From Octopus vulgaris (taxonomy: Eukaryota): 64,000 nucleotides of DNA. Every line of letters begins with the position of its first letter. Within the stretch, counting starts at the first letter, position 1. This document shows, piece after piece, positions 26,340 to 41,479 of this stretch. Location: contig OX597818.1 in NCBI GenBank assembly GCA_951406725.2, forward strand, positions 17,670,001 to 17,734,000, read 5' to 3'. The translations under genes were made by a program, and so were the position numbers. Below the pieces are notes generated by a model that saw nothing but the letters and a program-made list of their open reading frames with translations, did not search any database and was not told the DNA's origin.

Positions 26340-26846
26340 GATATATATAAAGCAAAGGATGTTTGTGTGTGTGTGTGTGTGTCTGTGTGTGAGTCTGTGT
26401 GTGTAATACGCATGCATTTCTACAGTTTTCAACCGATTTTCACCAAACTTTACACACATTACTCATGTGCCATGGATGGTCAAACACAATGAGTTTTTTC
26501 CCAGAGCTCCCGCGTAATGCAACAAACCGACCATGAAAAAAACAGTTTTTCACGTGGATTCTTCTCCAAAAGACTGCAGTTTCCAACCGATTCTCTCCCT
26601 TTCACTTCTGCAGTTTTCAAACAAGTCTCTCCCATTTCTCTCTATTTATCTCTTTTCCTTTTTCTCACTTTCACATATACAGATATCGGCGATCTTTCGT
26701 TTGTAGTAGCACGTTTCCGTCGATGATTTCCGTAAAAAACTTTTATTTTTTTACATATGGGTTTGCGGGAAAAGTTTTTTACGGAAATCATCGACGGAAA
26801 CGTGCTACTACAAACGAAAGATTGCCCAGATATCTGTTTCTTTCAA

Positions 26847-26926
<80 letters not shown>

Positions 26927-28192
26927 TTGGCTTCAGTGTATTTCAATTTTGTCGAGTGTAAATATCTTTGTTTCACGCTATTTGTACATTCTCTCTATAA
27001 TATTACTTTACTTATTTCAAATTTTCTGTACCCCGTCTATCTAAATACACTATTTACATTTCTCCCTCTATCGAAAACCGCTGTGTAATATTGCTTCACT
27101 TTTATTCTTTTAGTTTTGTGCGTGTGTTTGTGCGTTCGATGCGTACGAGACACTAAAGGACATTTCAAACTACTACGATGACAACGTCACATATATGTGT
27201 GTATGTGTCTCTGAGTGTATGTGTGTGGATGTATTGAGTGTGTATGTCTTTCTATGTGTGTGCATCCGCGTTAGGTACGTTATTAAACGTACACACATAT
27301 CTACACATACATATACACATGTGACGACTGACATGCATGAATGTATGTTTGTATGTGTCTCTCTAACTATATGTATGTGTCTGCATGTGAGAGTGTATGT
27401 GTGCGTATCGTCACATTTTGTATACGAATGTGTATGTGTCTGTGAGTGTGTGTTTTCACGCTCGTTACCTACGTTATTACACACGCGCATACATCTACGC
27501 AAACTCTCGACAAAAACAATTACGTGGAAGGTCCAAGTTATATATAAAAAATACACATCTACCGTTCCATTAAGAATTCATAATTATCGCAGCAATAGCA
27601 AGCTTGCAAGGTATTTTTCGAAAACCACATATTGCTTATATTTGGTAACTTTACATTGCATACAAAAATATAGACATACTACATACATACAACTGCTTGC
27701 AAAAATAGAGATTAATGTATTTTTTTCTATGTATCTAATTTTTTGTTTAAAATATTGAAAAAAAATATGCCACCAAAGTGAAACCGTAATCTCTCCAGAA
27801 ACACCTATAAAGCAAAGAGGAGTGCAGAAAACTGAAGGCGAGAGTCTCAAGAGATAAGAGACACGAGACTTTCTCAACATCAGCAAAGGCATTATGCAGC
27901 AAGTCAGATGGAGTCTCAATACAGAAGGGACATGACACTTTCCAAAGATCACCAAAGGCAAATACAGTCCCAAGACAGAAGGGAAATGAGACTTTCTCAA
28001 GATCAGCAAAGGCATGCTGCAGCACTTAATGCTGAATCATTAAAACAACGTTTAGCACGCCAGATTACGCAGAGGTCCAATAGAATAGCTTTCCGAAACA
28101 GATGCAAAGCTTTAACATTTACTCCACAAATGTAATATATATATAAACAAACTATGCCGTTTTAATCCCGAACAACGCCGGGTATCTCTGCT

Positions 28193-28195
<3 letters not shown>
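26340..28195 (+). mobile_element. Non-autonomous Helitron with degenerate Rep N-terminal coding remnant
   Basis: 5' tatatataaag..gtgt..caaccgattttcaccaaact; 3' hairpin cccgaacaacgccggg followed by ctatt (decayed CTAG); MPPK..RESQE.R.TRL repeats at 27767-28135. Confidence 0.65.
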
Positions 28196-28241
<46 letters not shown>

Positions 28242-28289
28242 TCATATTCATGTGTATGTGTGCGCGCATATATATATATATATATATAT

Positions 28290-29113
28290 AATTTTTAATA
28301 AATAAAATATATGCATACATACATATATGTACGTACCGACATCTACATGTATATATACATGCATATATATATATATATGAGTACAGGACACCACAAATAG
28401 ACGTAGAACTCAACGAGAAACGAAAACATAAAAACAAACATGGAAACTGACTTTTTTTAACAACGAAAAAACAGAGTACAAGACAAACAATACAAGGAAT
28501 ATTCCCCTTCATCAGCTGTCCCTGGTTCGACTCCATGCGTGTTTCGAAGGTAAGGACAGAACACGACCCGTCGAACCAATCCTTCCTGCAAAAGAATTAA
28601 ATAAAATTCCTTTGCAGAGGGATAAAAACAAGGAAAGAAAAAATGTGACAAGAACAGGACGTAAAAGCAATACAAATAAAAATACGAATACAAAATAATT
28701 TTTATTTTATTTAGTATTCGTATTTTTATTTGTATTGCTTTTACGTCTTGTTCTTGTTACATTTTTTTCTTTCCTTGTTTTTACCCCTCTGCAAAGGAAT
28801 TTTATTTAATTCTTTTGCAGGAAGGACTGGTTCGACGGGTCGTGTTCTGTCCTTACCTTCGAAACACGCATGGAGTCGAACCAGGGACAGCTGATGAAGG
28901 GGAATATTCCTTGTATTGTTTGTCTTGTACTCTGTTTTTTCGTTGTTAAAAAAGTCCGTTTCCATGTTTGTTTTTATGTTTCCGTTTCTCGTTGAGTTCT
29001 ACGTCTATTTGTGGTGTCCTGTACTCATATATATATATGCATGTATATATACATGTAGATGTCGGTACGTCCATATATGTATGTATGTATGCATATATTT
29101 TATTTATTAAATT
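28290..29113. repeat. ~820-bp near-perfect palindrome (two ~400-bp arms, ~22-nt spacer)
   Basis: 28290-28691 is the reverse complement of 28714-29113 with only a handful of substitutions. Confidence 0.95.
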
Positions 29114-29173
29114 TTGTATGACTGAGCGCCCTCGCGTCGTTTCGTTTCTTTTCTTTTCTCCAAGTAAGTTTTT

Positions 29174-29229
<56 letters not shown>

Positions 29230-29270
29230 GTAGGTAGGTAGGTAGGTAGGTAGGTAGGTAGGTAGGTAGG

Positions 29271-29366
<96 letters not shown>
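29174..29366. repeat. (GATA)n/(GGTA)n microsatellite
   Basis: Seen directly. Confidence 0.95.
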
Positions 29367-29717
29367 AAAATGAGGAATACGAGCAGATTAAATGCAGGAT
29401 TAATTTTTTCATTTTTTTTAATTACCTCTGCTTCCGAGAAGATAAAACAATCGCTAGGTGGCAGTTAGGACTAAATCCAAATAAGGAGAAGTGCTAAGCT
29501 AATAAAATCAAGAATTCCAGGGGAATTCTTTACTGTTCACTTTTTGCCCCTCCAAACGTCGAACTACACTAGTTCAAAAACGAACTTCAAAGAGTACAAA
29601 TTTCAGTCTCACACCACACGGTAGAACTAAGGGATTCTTCCTCATCGTTCGACAAATATAAGGAAAACAGCAACACTGTCATCACTACACAGAAAGTTTA
29701 AAATCAAGTCAACGTAC

Positions 29718-29940
29718 CATTGGGAAGTGACGGTTCTTTGTTGAAGTAAAACTTTATATTCGCATTTCTATTTTCTTCAAATAAATAACTTGGAGGAGAA
29801 GAGCTCGAAATCTCTCGATAAAAAACGTTCTCTTCTTTCGGAACCGTCCTCATAAAACACTTCGGTCGCTTACATATATCAGGTCGAGAACGTGAGGATC
29901 CCGTTGTCACATGCATTATCGGAGTCATGATGTAATAGGG
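29718..29940 (-). CDS. OGFRL1: OGFR-like gene A, exon 2 (PYYIMTP...NANIKFYFNKEPSLPN)
   Basis: Acceptor tttacctag, donor G|GTACGT, 223 nt. The C-terminal NIKFYFNKEPSLPNG matches the OGFr_N start motif NLxFYxNxIxFxPNG. The symbol is a family-level call. Confidence 0.85.
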
Positions 29941-29983
29941 CTAGGTAAAGGTGATAAATGATTTACATAATTATGATTTGACA

Positions 29984-30778
<795 letters not shown>

Positions 30779-30779
<1 letters not shown>

Positions 30780-31330
30780 GAGTGAGAGAGCAGTTCATGC
30801 CATCAAAGTGACACTGGGGTAAAATATACGAAGCCCAATATACCCATCATGACTACCCGTCTGATAAAGGTACACCAGGCACATGCATCACAACCATATG
30901 TGCGCGACATGGTGATCTCATATCAAGATAAACAGCACATGACCTTGCAGGTGGGGCCCAGGTAGAATTTTCTTCAGGTTGAGTAGCCCATCCCGCTCAA
31001 ACGGTCCCTGAATAAGGGTTGTTTAAGGATGTTGAAAGAACCACCCATGTTTCCAGAGGTGAACTATTCAAACCCCAAAGAATCCCTCTCAACACATGGC
31101 TATGATGCTCCCCCACTACTTCTGCTTGTGATCAGAGATGCACATATCGTCAGCCACTAAGGGACATGCTCAACTGGTTAAGGTCAAACAACTGACAAGC
31201 AAATCTGTGGTATTGAGCAGAATAATTGCTGTAGCCCATCTTTTATACCAAGACAAAACAATGTACATGATAACACTTCCAGTCAGTTAAGACCAGAAGC
31301 CATGAGAGCCACTGCCTGGTACTGCATCTA
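30779..31330. mobile_element. Interspersed repeat embedded in an (ATT)n tract
   Basis: Flanked by (TAT)n; partial inverted copy at ~22740-22900. Confidence 0.6.
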
Positions 31331-32664
31331 TTATTATTATTATTATTATTATTATTAAAGCGGCAAGTTGGCGGAATCGTTGTTCGCATGCCGTGTAAAA
31401 TGTGAAGAAGGGGACAGTAAATATATTTCTTTACTGCCCAGAAGGAGCTAAACATAGAGGGGACAACCAAGGACAGACGAAGGGAATGAGTCGATTATAT
31501 CACCCCCAGTGCGAAAGTGGTACTTAATTTATCGACCCCGAAAGGATGAAAGGCAAAGTTGACCTCGGCGGAATTGGAACTCAGAAAGTAACGACAGACG
31601 AAATACTGCTAAGCATTTTGCCCGGCGCACTAACGTGTCTGCCAGCTCGCTAGCCCTGGAAGACACTTCACTTACAACAGAGATTTCACCATACCGTAAA
31701 TTTTAATGTTTAAAATCATAGCGAGACCAGAAAACATGACCACTGGACCGTATGAAAGGACGATGAGAATGAAGTCATTAAGGTTTAGTAACGAAATAGT
31801 GGACAAACTAGAGGAAGATCTTATTAAGAACCTAAGAAAGGGCGTTTAGGAAACGTATCGGGACCACCATGCAGGCAGTGAGATTGGACTTCGACTAATA
31901 TTACAAGTAAAACACAAAAGTTGCATTGTCAGAGCAAGGGCACGCACACGAAGACATGAAGCCGTTCGATTGGCCCGGGTGTCAGAGGCATTGTGTGGCA
32001 CACAAGTAGAAAGGCCCTTTGCTATTACGTCCAGGGCTAGTTAGTTTGGCGAGGTCGAAGTCCTATTTATGACTGAAACCCTCGCACTCTATGATTGCCC
32101 ACCAGAGTAATGATTTCTCTCTCTTCCCCACTTCTGTGGAAAGAAGGATGGTAAAGCTAACAGTATTGCGAATCCCACTGGAGATAGACTTCTAGAGGAT
32201 CCTGACCTGCATAGTGTTGAAGGGGTGTAATACCGTACTGGACGTTATGAGAATGAGATGGAAGAATTGGTTAAAGATCAAACTATAGGTCCCTCCTCAT
32301 ATAAAATCTGAACACCTAGAAAAGATCTCATGCTCATCTTCCTGTCAAATGGGATGGTGCTGTGAGTAACTTTTGGCCACACAACCAAAATCACGTAAGG
32401 GAAGAGAAGGGCCGCACTGCTGCCGACACCATCGCGGCAACAACAACAACGTGCAATAACAAAGGTTGTAGCAAGAGCAGCAGCGAGAGGGTAAACAGAA
32501 GCAACAATAACAACATCGGCAATAGCCGCAGCAACCGTAGAAACAGTAAAAACAGCAGCACTAACAACATCAACATATAACCGCTAGGCGTACAAACTGC
32601 GGTGGAGGAAATTAACAATTGCAACACCAAAATCTCCACCCAGGGGATATCTCAACCCAGGTCT

Positions 32665-32727
<63 letters not shown>

Positions 32728-32731
32728 TCTC

Positions 32732-32774
<43 letters not shown>

Positions 32775-33189
32775 CTGCTTTCCCCTATTTCTCTATTTCT
32801 CTCTCTTCCTACATGTATAAAGACATACGCAGAGAAGGAAGCATATACTTTTCCATGTCCGAGTCGGGGTTTTTCGATCATACAACCAACCTTTTGTGGT
32901 GGAGTGAGGGGACGGGAAGGACAAAAATGAAAAATAAAAGAAAAAAGGAACAAAACACAAAACAGCAAAAAATAAAGACCTACAATCGTACTCGGCAAAG
33001 TGAAGACATAGAGACAGTGAGAAGGCTTTCAATAAATGTACAGTGAAAGTCAGTGGTGACTTAAAGTTACCAATCGAGAAGCACATGAATATGAGAGAGA
33101 TTTCCACATGACATTAGAAAACCCAGCGTCGTGGCCTCGGTTTTTTCAACTAGTGATGTGGAGTTCTGTAAAAAGCCAATAATAATTGA

Positions 33190-33870
33190 AATATAAGAAG
33201 CTATGGCTGGCTGCACGGGGGAAAAGGTCTGGATGGTCTGTCCAATGAGTTTTATCGTCATACGCCAGACTTCTTCTGATGCCTATTGCAACAAGCAGCA
33301 GAACGAGAGAATTATCAGTCCTGTGAAAAGAGGCGTGTTAATGCTGCTGAGAACGGACCCAAACAAGAGGAGTGATTTTTGATAATTTTAGGCCCATATC
33401 TCTGCTAAATGCAAAGCTCAAATTTTACGACAACGTGTCAGCCTAGAAGTTGGCGCTTTTCATCGATACTCTGGTCGGCGATGTTCAGTCATGCACCATA
33501 CCAAAGAGATCTAACTCCGACAGCCACCCTACGCGATACAACAAAAAGGATTGTGTAAGGAACTTGGCATGGATAGAGCCTTTATAAATTTAGATCAAAA
33601 GAAAGCTTTCGATTAGGTTGAACAATACTTTAAGGCTGTCCTTACAGGCGGTTGGATTTGAGCTCGTCTTCTGAGGCTGTATCGTTGTCATGTACAGTAA
33701 GTATGCTCAGTAGTCAGAGTGAAGGTCACCTATTGGAACTGTTCAGTGTCATGTGTTCGTTCCGTCAAGGATGTTTCCTCTCGCCCCATCTGTACGAGCC
33801 ACTACTGCAGAAATTGCAGTTTTCCAGGGGCATCCCATGTGAAAGAACCATGTCAGTATATACGGGCGAC
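33190..33870 (+). mobile_element. Tx1/L1-clade LINE RT remnant
   Basis: LDGLSNEFY, NFRPISLLNAKLKIL, INLDQKKAFD, RQGCFLSPHLY motifs, with stops and frameshifts. Confidence 0.8.
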
Positions 33871-34429
33871 GAATATGAAGGAAAGTATGTGATGCGCATG
33901 CCTTCCTAGAGGTTTTTAATGACCAGCCTGAAGTGGAATAGCACCAACCACAAATTTAATTGATACGTTGAATCTTACACAATATGAGCTAACTCAAACA
34001 ATGAACTATTCAAAGTATATACAACACTATTAAAAAAGAGCAAGAATATGTTCTTGCCGAGAGAGGTCCTCCACTCATTATTAGTAAATTTCTGTGTTGC
34101 TTATAAAGTTTTGCATACTCCTACTTGATGCATTTCTTGTTAATATCATCCCCTTCTTTCAGCAAGAAACAACATTCTCAGATTAAATAACAAATCATAT
34201 GAGTAAATTTAGAGTAGCGAATGTTATAAAGTTTTGGATCAGGTACTACATACTAGGAACGATAAGGTGAGTTTATTTTTGCTTCTTTCTTCCTATTTCT
34301 AGCGGGGTGGGACTAACATTTTCGTATGCATTGGTTAATATATAGTTAACCTGTGTAATATATTAACCGGACACATTTGGTCATAGGTCTTCTTGATCAG
34401 GGCTGACCAAGAGCTAAACAACAATAATA

Positions 34430-34572
34430 CACCAGCGTAGCTGGGGAGGGGGTGCCTAGGGATGGTTCGCCCCGAGTGGTACTTTTGGGTCTACTGTAGG
34501 TAATATGTGTTTTTTGTGGGGCGACAAACGGAAGGGCCGCCTCGGGTGGCAGAAGTTATAGCTACGCTAGTG
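34430..34572. mobile_element. Short hAT-like MITE
   Basis: TIRs caccagcgtagct/agctacgctagtg. Confidence 0.55.
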
Positions 34573-34638
34573 CAACAATAGCAACATTCCTGATTCACTG
34601 AGAACACCAGTATCTAAATAAAGTAAAGCAAAACTTAC

Positions 34639-34710
34639 CTTTTTTAATAAGTTACAGAAAAAGAACATAAACACGAATATCAGCAGCGTAATCAATAACC
34701 AGAATAACAT
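34639..34710 (-). CDS. OGFR-like gene A, coding exon 1 (hydrophobic signal-anchor MLFWLLITLLIFVFMFFFCNLLKK)
   Basis: ATG at 34710, 72 nt, ends AAG|GTAAGT (consensus donor). Phase 0 matches exon 2. No acceptor upstream, so read as the first coding exon. Confidence 0.7.
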
Positions 34711-34857
34711 TCTCGTATGTGTGCGTGTGTCCCACTGTCTCTATTTGTCCGTCTGTCTATCTGTCTGTCTTTATTTCTCTTTTCTTTCTCTTTAACTCAC
34801 ACCTCTCTTGCATTCAGCATCACCTCTCTCTCTCTTTCCTTCTCTCTCTTTCTCTCT

Positions 34858-34913
<56 letters not shown>

Positions 34914-36008
34914 CGCTCGCTCTCTTGCAGTATGAAGTATTGTTCAGAAATTAATTCTAGGTCTTTATATGCTACAAACTGTTTACCAAAACCCTTCGAA
35001 ATTTCGTTAATCTGAGATTCTCCAAACACTAAAGTATACCTGATATTTCAGGCTTTTTTTTTTTTTTTTGGTCTTTGTTTTTGTTTTCTCATGTGGACTT
35101 AAGGGCAGCCATGTCTCCATGTACATACAATAATAATATTAATAATTATTTTTAAAAGATTAGAAATCTAAAATATATATGTATATATCGATCGAAATAT
35201 TGGAATACAAATTAAAAGAAGAATAAAGAAAATACAGCCGGGTCGATATTCAAATAAAAACGTTGACTTCACTGAAGAAGGTTCGAATATTCTTAATTAG
35301 AAGAACAACATCTTGGGTAAGGTGGCATCACACCTCAACCAAAGTCGTTGCCAAGTACGAAAGTTTTCTAGTGAGTACTAGAAATCATTATTTCGATGTC
35401 CGGAAAATGAATTCCTTTTAGGACCAACAAACAGGCGAAAAAAATTGTTTATTTTTTGTTTGTTTCTTTGTTTGTTTGGGTTTTTTTTTTTTGTTAGGGA
35501 ACAGGTTGTTTTGGTTTGGTTTCTTTTTTTTTATGTTGGAGATTTTGTATTTGCGACTAGGTGGTTATTGTTATTGTTATTGTTGTTTTACACAAGCTGG
35601 TTCGGTTGTTCACTCACTCACGCACACTGTCAAATGCAGCCTAAATAATTCCCTTTCAAGCCTATTTCGTAATCGATATTGATATTCATATTCCAGCAGA
35701 TCCCAAAATACCTAATACTTTGACTAGTTGGGAATAATACAAAAACAACAACTAAGCCGAAAATGTTGTTTACCGAGTTGCGTTGTTGCTATGGTTACTC
35801 AAACTTCAACTGTCCAGCATGGAAGATTTTAACTAACGCCGTTCGTTCACACCGCTTCTACTGTATTGCTGGATTCTGATCTCTCTGTTTAATACTTATT
35901 TGCTTCTCGTCCTTGGCCTTTTGTTCTATAATATTGTCATTACACTAGTGAGGATTTTATTTTGGAAAATTATATTATGTAAGATAGAAGACTTAAGGGA
36001 AATCACTC

Positions 36009-36065
<57 letters not shown>

Positions 36066-36357
36066 TCTCACACTACATATATATATATATATAGACATCG
36101 CAGGATTACTCATTTTACCAGCTGAGTGGACTAGCGCAGTGTGAAATGAAGTGTTTTGCTGAAGAACACAACATATCGCCCGGTACAGGACAGGAGTCGA
36201 AATCACAATCTTATGATCATGAGTCCAGCACCCTAACCACTAAGCCATAGACCTCTACTCATTATATATATATTACATAGATATATTATACTGTATGTAT
36301 GTATACATACACACATACTTGTAAATACATACATACATACATACATACATACATACA

Positions 36358-36426
<69 letters not shown>

Positions 36427-36764
36427 GAGTCGAGAGCTTCTCTGGAAATACCCTAACTTTACATTGCATCAGGACCTTAGACTCTTGCTCTATAGTGAAT
36501 ATATATATATTTCTCTGGAAATACCCTAACTTTACATTGTATCAGGACCTTAGACTCTTGCTCTATAGTGTCCTGATACAATGTAAAGTTAGGGTATTTC
36601 CAGAGAAGCTCTCGACTCGAATACTGGGCTATCAACACTGTCGGATTCCACATATATATATATATTTGTTTTTGGAAAAGGTTGATACTGATTTCGAAGT
36701 TTCTGCTTAGTATGTTGTTATACATAAATATGCACAGAAACACACTCGCCGCACACATACACAC

Positions 36765-36817
<53 letters not shown>

Positions 36818-37074
36818 ATACACAAACGCACACACCCTAACACACAGTGTAATGGGTCGGTTACGAGTTGATTTCCGTCACGTACATATACATTTCTATA
36901 TAACATGTGAGTGTATGTTTCTCTCTGTATGTGTGTATGTGTGTATATATATGTGTGTGCGTGTGGGTGTTTGTGAATGTGTGTGTGTGTGTATATGTAT
37001 GTGTTGCGGTGTTGCATATGTCGTGGATCGAGTCCCCTATTATGAAACACCGTCTTAGATGATCTGGTCATCTT

Positions 37075-37485
37075 ATTTCTTTATTGCCCACAAGGGGCTA
37101 AACACAGAGAGGACGAATAAGGACAGACAAAGGATTAAGTCGATTACATCGACCCCAGTGCGTAACTGGTACTTAATTTATCGACCCCGAAAGGATGAAA
37201 GGCAAAGTGTACCTCGGAGGAATTTGAACTTAGAACGTAACGGCACGGCAGACGAAATACCTATTTCTTTACTACCCACGAGGGGCCAAACACAGAGGGG
37301 ACAAACAAGGACAGACAAACGGATCAATTCGATTACATCGACCCCAGTGCGTAAATGGTACTTAATTTATCGACCCCGAAAGGATGAAAGACAAAGTCGA
37401 TTCGGCGGAACCCGAACTCAGAACGCAACGGCAGACGAAATACCGCTAAGCATTTCGCCCGGCGTGCTAACGTTTCTGCCAGCTT
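37075..37485 (-). mobile_element. Dimeric SINE family A
   Basis: Two tandem cores. Confidence 0.8.
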
Positions 37486-37489
37486 GTCC

Positions 37490-37830
37490 GGTTGTATGGT
37501 GAGCAGGAGCAAGGAAAACGTCTCCATCACAAACCACGCGAGTGTTTCAAAGACAATCTTAAACACACACACTTAAAAGGCTCAATACTGATACTAACAC
37601 CTTGGAAGATCTTACAGAAGATAGAAAGCAATGTAGGTATCTGATCACTGTTGGTGTCAAAGAATTCGAGAACAACAGGGTTGCGTTACTCAACTGAAAC
37701 ATGTTGGTAAATATATGAATGATGTGGACACTCTCCTTGAGAAGGGCACAAAAGAGTCTCCGTGTGGCCAGTGTGGTCATATCTGCTTCTCAAAGGCAGA
37801 ACGACACAACCACAAACAAACAAGAAGAAA
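37490..37830 (+). mobile_element. RTE-clade LINE C-terminal remnant
   Basis: LYGE..QGKR...KP..CFKDNLK...EDR...CGQCGHIC. Confidence 0.7.
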
Positions 37831-38319
37831 ACGTTGTCATGTCCCAGAATCAATGAGGTGTTACATCATATCAAAAACCAATGGATATATCAAACTAGGA
37901 TCATCGGCCGTCTACTAATATGATATCTAGTGTGGTCTCTCCTGCATCTTGCATAGCAGAGTGTATCGGTCGGCCAGTGGATTCATTCGGTATTGTAGAT
38001 CCTAAACATACAAATAGCCGGGTTGCTGATGGGAGTACGTTTGTGTGTGTACGTGTGAGTGTGTCTATGTATCTTGTATTTGTCAGGGTGGTGTGTGTAA
38101 TTGTGTGTGTGTGCATGCTAGTGTGTATGTGTGTGTGCGTATGTCTGTGTGTTTCTGATTGTTTGCTGTGATTGTTGAGCTTGTATTGCGTGTATATATA
38201 TGTGTGTTTTTTCTTTGAGTGTGTGTGTGTGTGTGATTTTTTACTGGGGAACGGGCATATTGTGTTTGTGTGTGTGTGTGTACATACGTGGGTATATATG
38301 CGTGGGGGGTCCCACACAC

Positions 38320-39349
38320 TTGACCAACTCAATGATTTCAAAAATTTAATCGACAGTGTCAACAACCATATCCAATTTACAATATAGTCAAAATATAGTC
38401 AATATAGTCAAAACCAACTTCCTTTTCTTGACATTCTTGTTATATAAAAAAAAAGGTACCAACATTGAAACTGATATCCACTACAAATCAACTGATTCCA
38501 AACAATACCTCCTGTTCACCTCCAATCACCCAAAGCACACGAAGACAAACCTCCCCTTCAACCTAGCGAGAAGAATCTGTACAATTGTCTCAAATTATAG
38601 GACGCGAAATAAAAGACTCCAAGAACTAAAGGCACTTCTTCTCGAAAGACATTATCCAGCACCATTAGTTGACAATGGAATAGAATGGGCCAAGACAATC
38701 GATACCCAAGACTTAGGAAAACTGAAACACACTCAAGGTACATTAAATATTCTCCCATATCTCTCAACACACAATCCAAGAAATGCAGAAGCTTACACAA
38801 TTATATACAAGAACATCCTACTACTGAGTCAAGACCCACTCTAAAAAAGGCACTCAAAACCCATAAAATAATAAAAAGCAAGAGACAACCCAAATCCTTA
38901 AGAAACCTACTCACCAATGCAAAATTATCCAACACAAGCCCACCACCCAAAATATGCGGTCGATCTAACTGCAGGACTTGCATCCACCTCATTGAAGGAA
39001 CAATATACAAATTCCAGTCGGGACACACTTTTGTCGTAAAAAATAACTTCACCTGCGCATTAAAGAATTTACTTTATGCTATAAGGTGTGAAGGATGCCA
39101 CAAAACTTACGTAGGGCAAACGAGTCTTACCCTCAGAGAAGGACGACAGCCCACCGCCAACAATTAAGGGACCCCTCCACAAGACAGATACCACTTAGTG
39201 TTCACTTAGATCTCTATGCACAAAACAAGTCCCCCAAATTCCTAGTTTTCCCACTATACCAATGCCCAGACAACACCACTGACCAAACACGAATAAATAG
39301 GGAAAATAATCTTATTCAAAAATACAGACCACAACTCAACATACTCTAA
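38320..39349 (+). mobile_element. Penelope-like element: RT thumb plus GIY-YIG endonuclease, frameshifted
   Basis: TDIHYKSTDSKQYLLFTSNHP, NLARRI, CGRSNCRTC, FTC...LLYAIRCEGCHKTYVGQT..L, RE..LI.KYRPQLN. Confidence 0.9.
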
Positions 39350-39922
39350 CGTACCCCAATCATAACCATCACTCACACGCACGCACATACACACATACGT
39401 GAACACTACATACACACATTTACACATACCACCCTGACAATTACAAATCACACTCACACCAACACACCCACACATACACACCACTCGGATAAATGCAACA
39501 CACATGGACGCACACAAAACTCCTGATAAATACAACACACCCACACACACATATACACATACCCCCACACACACATACATATGCACCCTCACACACACAT
39601 ACGGTTGCTCTCACACACACACCACCACCACCAGGACAATTAAAACAACACAAATATATTCAGACAGAGGCACACACACTCACGTACACACATGTAACAT
39701 CTCCACCAACACAAAACACACATAAACATACATACGCACACATACATGCGAACAAACACATACACACACATGCGCACACACAACACCCTGACAAATACAA
39801 ATCACACACAAACGTGCACACATATACACACACCATCCTGCTAAATATACACAGACCCATACACACACCACACTAAACACTGAAACCGATCAAAAATGGC
39901 CCACACACACAAACACAAGCAC

Positions 39923-39953
<31 letters not shown>

Positions 39954-40214
39954 TAGGAGACGTGCACAGCCACACACACACTCTCACACCATTCTGACCT
40001 CTGAGACCAGTCCCTAAAACCACTGAACCATGACAGACCAGCCCAGAAACAAAAAAAATCCTTTTGATTCCACATTGCCCTTCCCCGCCCAAACAACCTC
40101 CCACACTATTCCTTAAAAATCAAACATTCCTTAGCTACACACAAGACAGAAAATGTCAGACAGACAGGTCAGTTATTCCACTTCAATTTTTTGTAAATTC
40201 TTAAATATATCCCC

Positions 40215-40270
<56 letters not shown>

Positions 40271-40582
40271 TACCACACAAATATGATTTTTATTGAACTC
40301 AAAATACTTACTATGTTCCCTTTCTTGAATACTTTCATGCAAACTGTTTTTAACATTTTCTTATCATGATCAAAGACTGTATGACTGTATTTTAATACTT
40401 TTATGCTAACCATTTTTTAACACAACAAAGCTTATACAAAGCTTTACATTTTACTTTTGATAATCTTTTTCTAAAAAAAGTGAAACCGGTTAAGTCAATA
40501 AACATCGCTAAAAGACCGTTGCATTTTCAAACCTTCGTTCATATATATTTTCACTCGTGCGGTTCCTTACAACTTTACTTTG

Positions 40583-40694
<112 letters not shown>

Positions 40695-41479
40695 TAGAAA
40701 AAACCCCACCTTTTATCAATTCAATAATGAAAAATTAAATTATACCATTCTAGAAAAATTACATATTATAGAAAGATTAAATACAAGATAAAATATATAA
40801 CTATGATTAAGTAATGTGCAAAATAATAAATAAAACGTATATATACACATATACACACATATATATAATAGTGCATGTATTTATTTGGCAAAAAAAATGA
40901 CCATTCCGAAATATAATGATATAGCAATACACACAAACACGGACACTCATATACACAAACACACACAAACACATACATACATGCATGCATGCATGCATAC
41001 ATGCATACATGCATACATGCATGCATACATATATACATACATACATACATACATACATGCATGCATGCATGCATGCATGCATACATACATACATACATAC
41101 ATACATACATACATACATACATACATACATGCATGCATACATACATACATACATACATACATACATACATACATACATACATACATACATACATACATAC
41201 ATACATACATGACAAGTCAAATTAGCTGCTCCGGCACAGAATGTGTCCGCCTTCTCAGATGTAGTGAGCTGGGATGAAGAGAATGTAAAAAATGTTTGAA
41301 TGGTGGGAATATTTAGATCTCCATTGGTCAATTCAATTCAAGTGGATACTTTGGCTTAGCAACATGAAATTTCTTTCAAATTCTCCTCAATCCATCTCTG
41401 TACTTACAACCCTTACTGAATGTGCTTAATTCTCCTTTTTTCATTTCTTCTCCTTCGCATATAACTGCTCTAATCTCTA

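Noticed and set aside
28855-28905. CGAAAC and CTGATGA boxes in the palindrome arm
   Set aside because: The boxes cannot be folded into a hammerhead: stem I does not form and stem III is mismatched.
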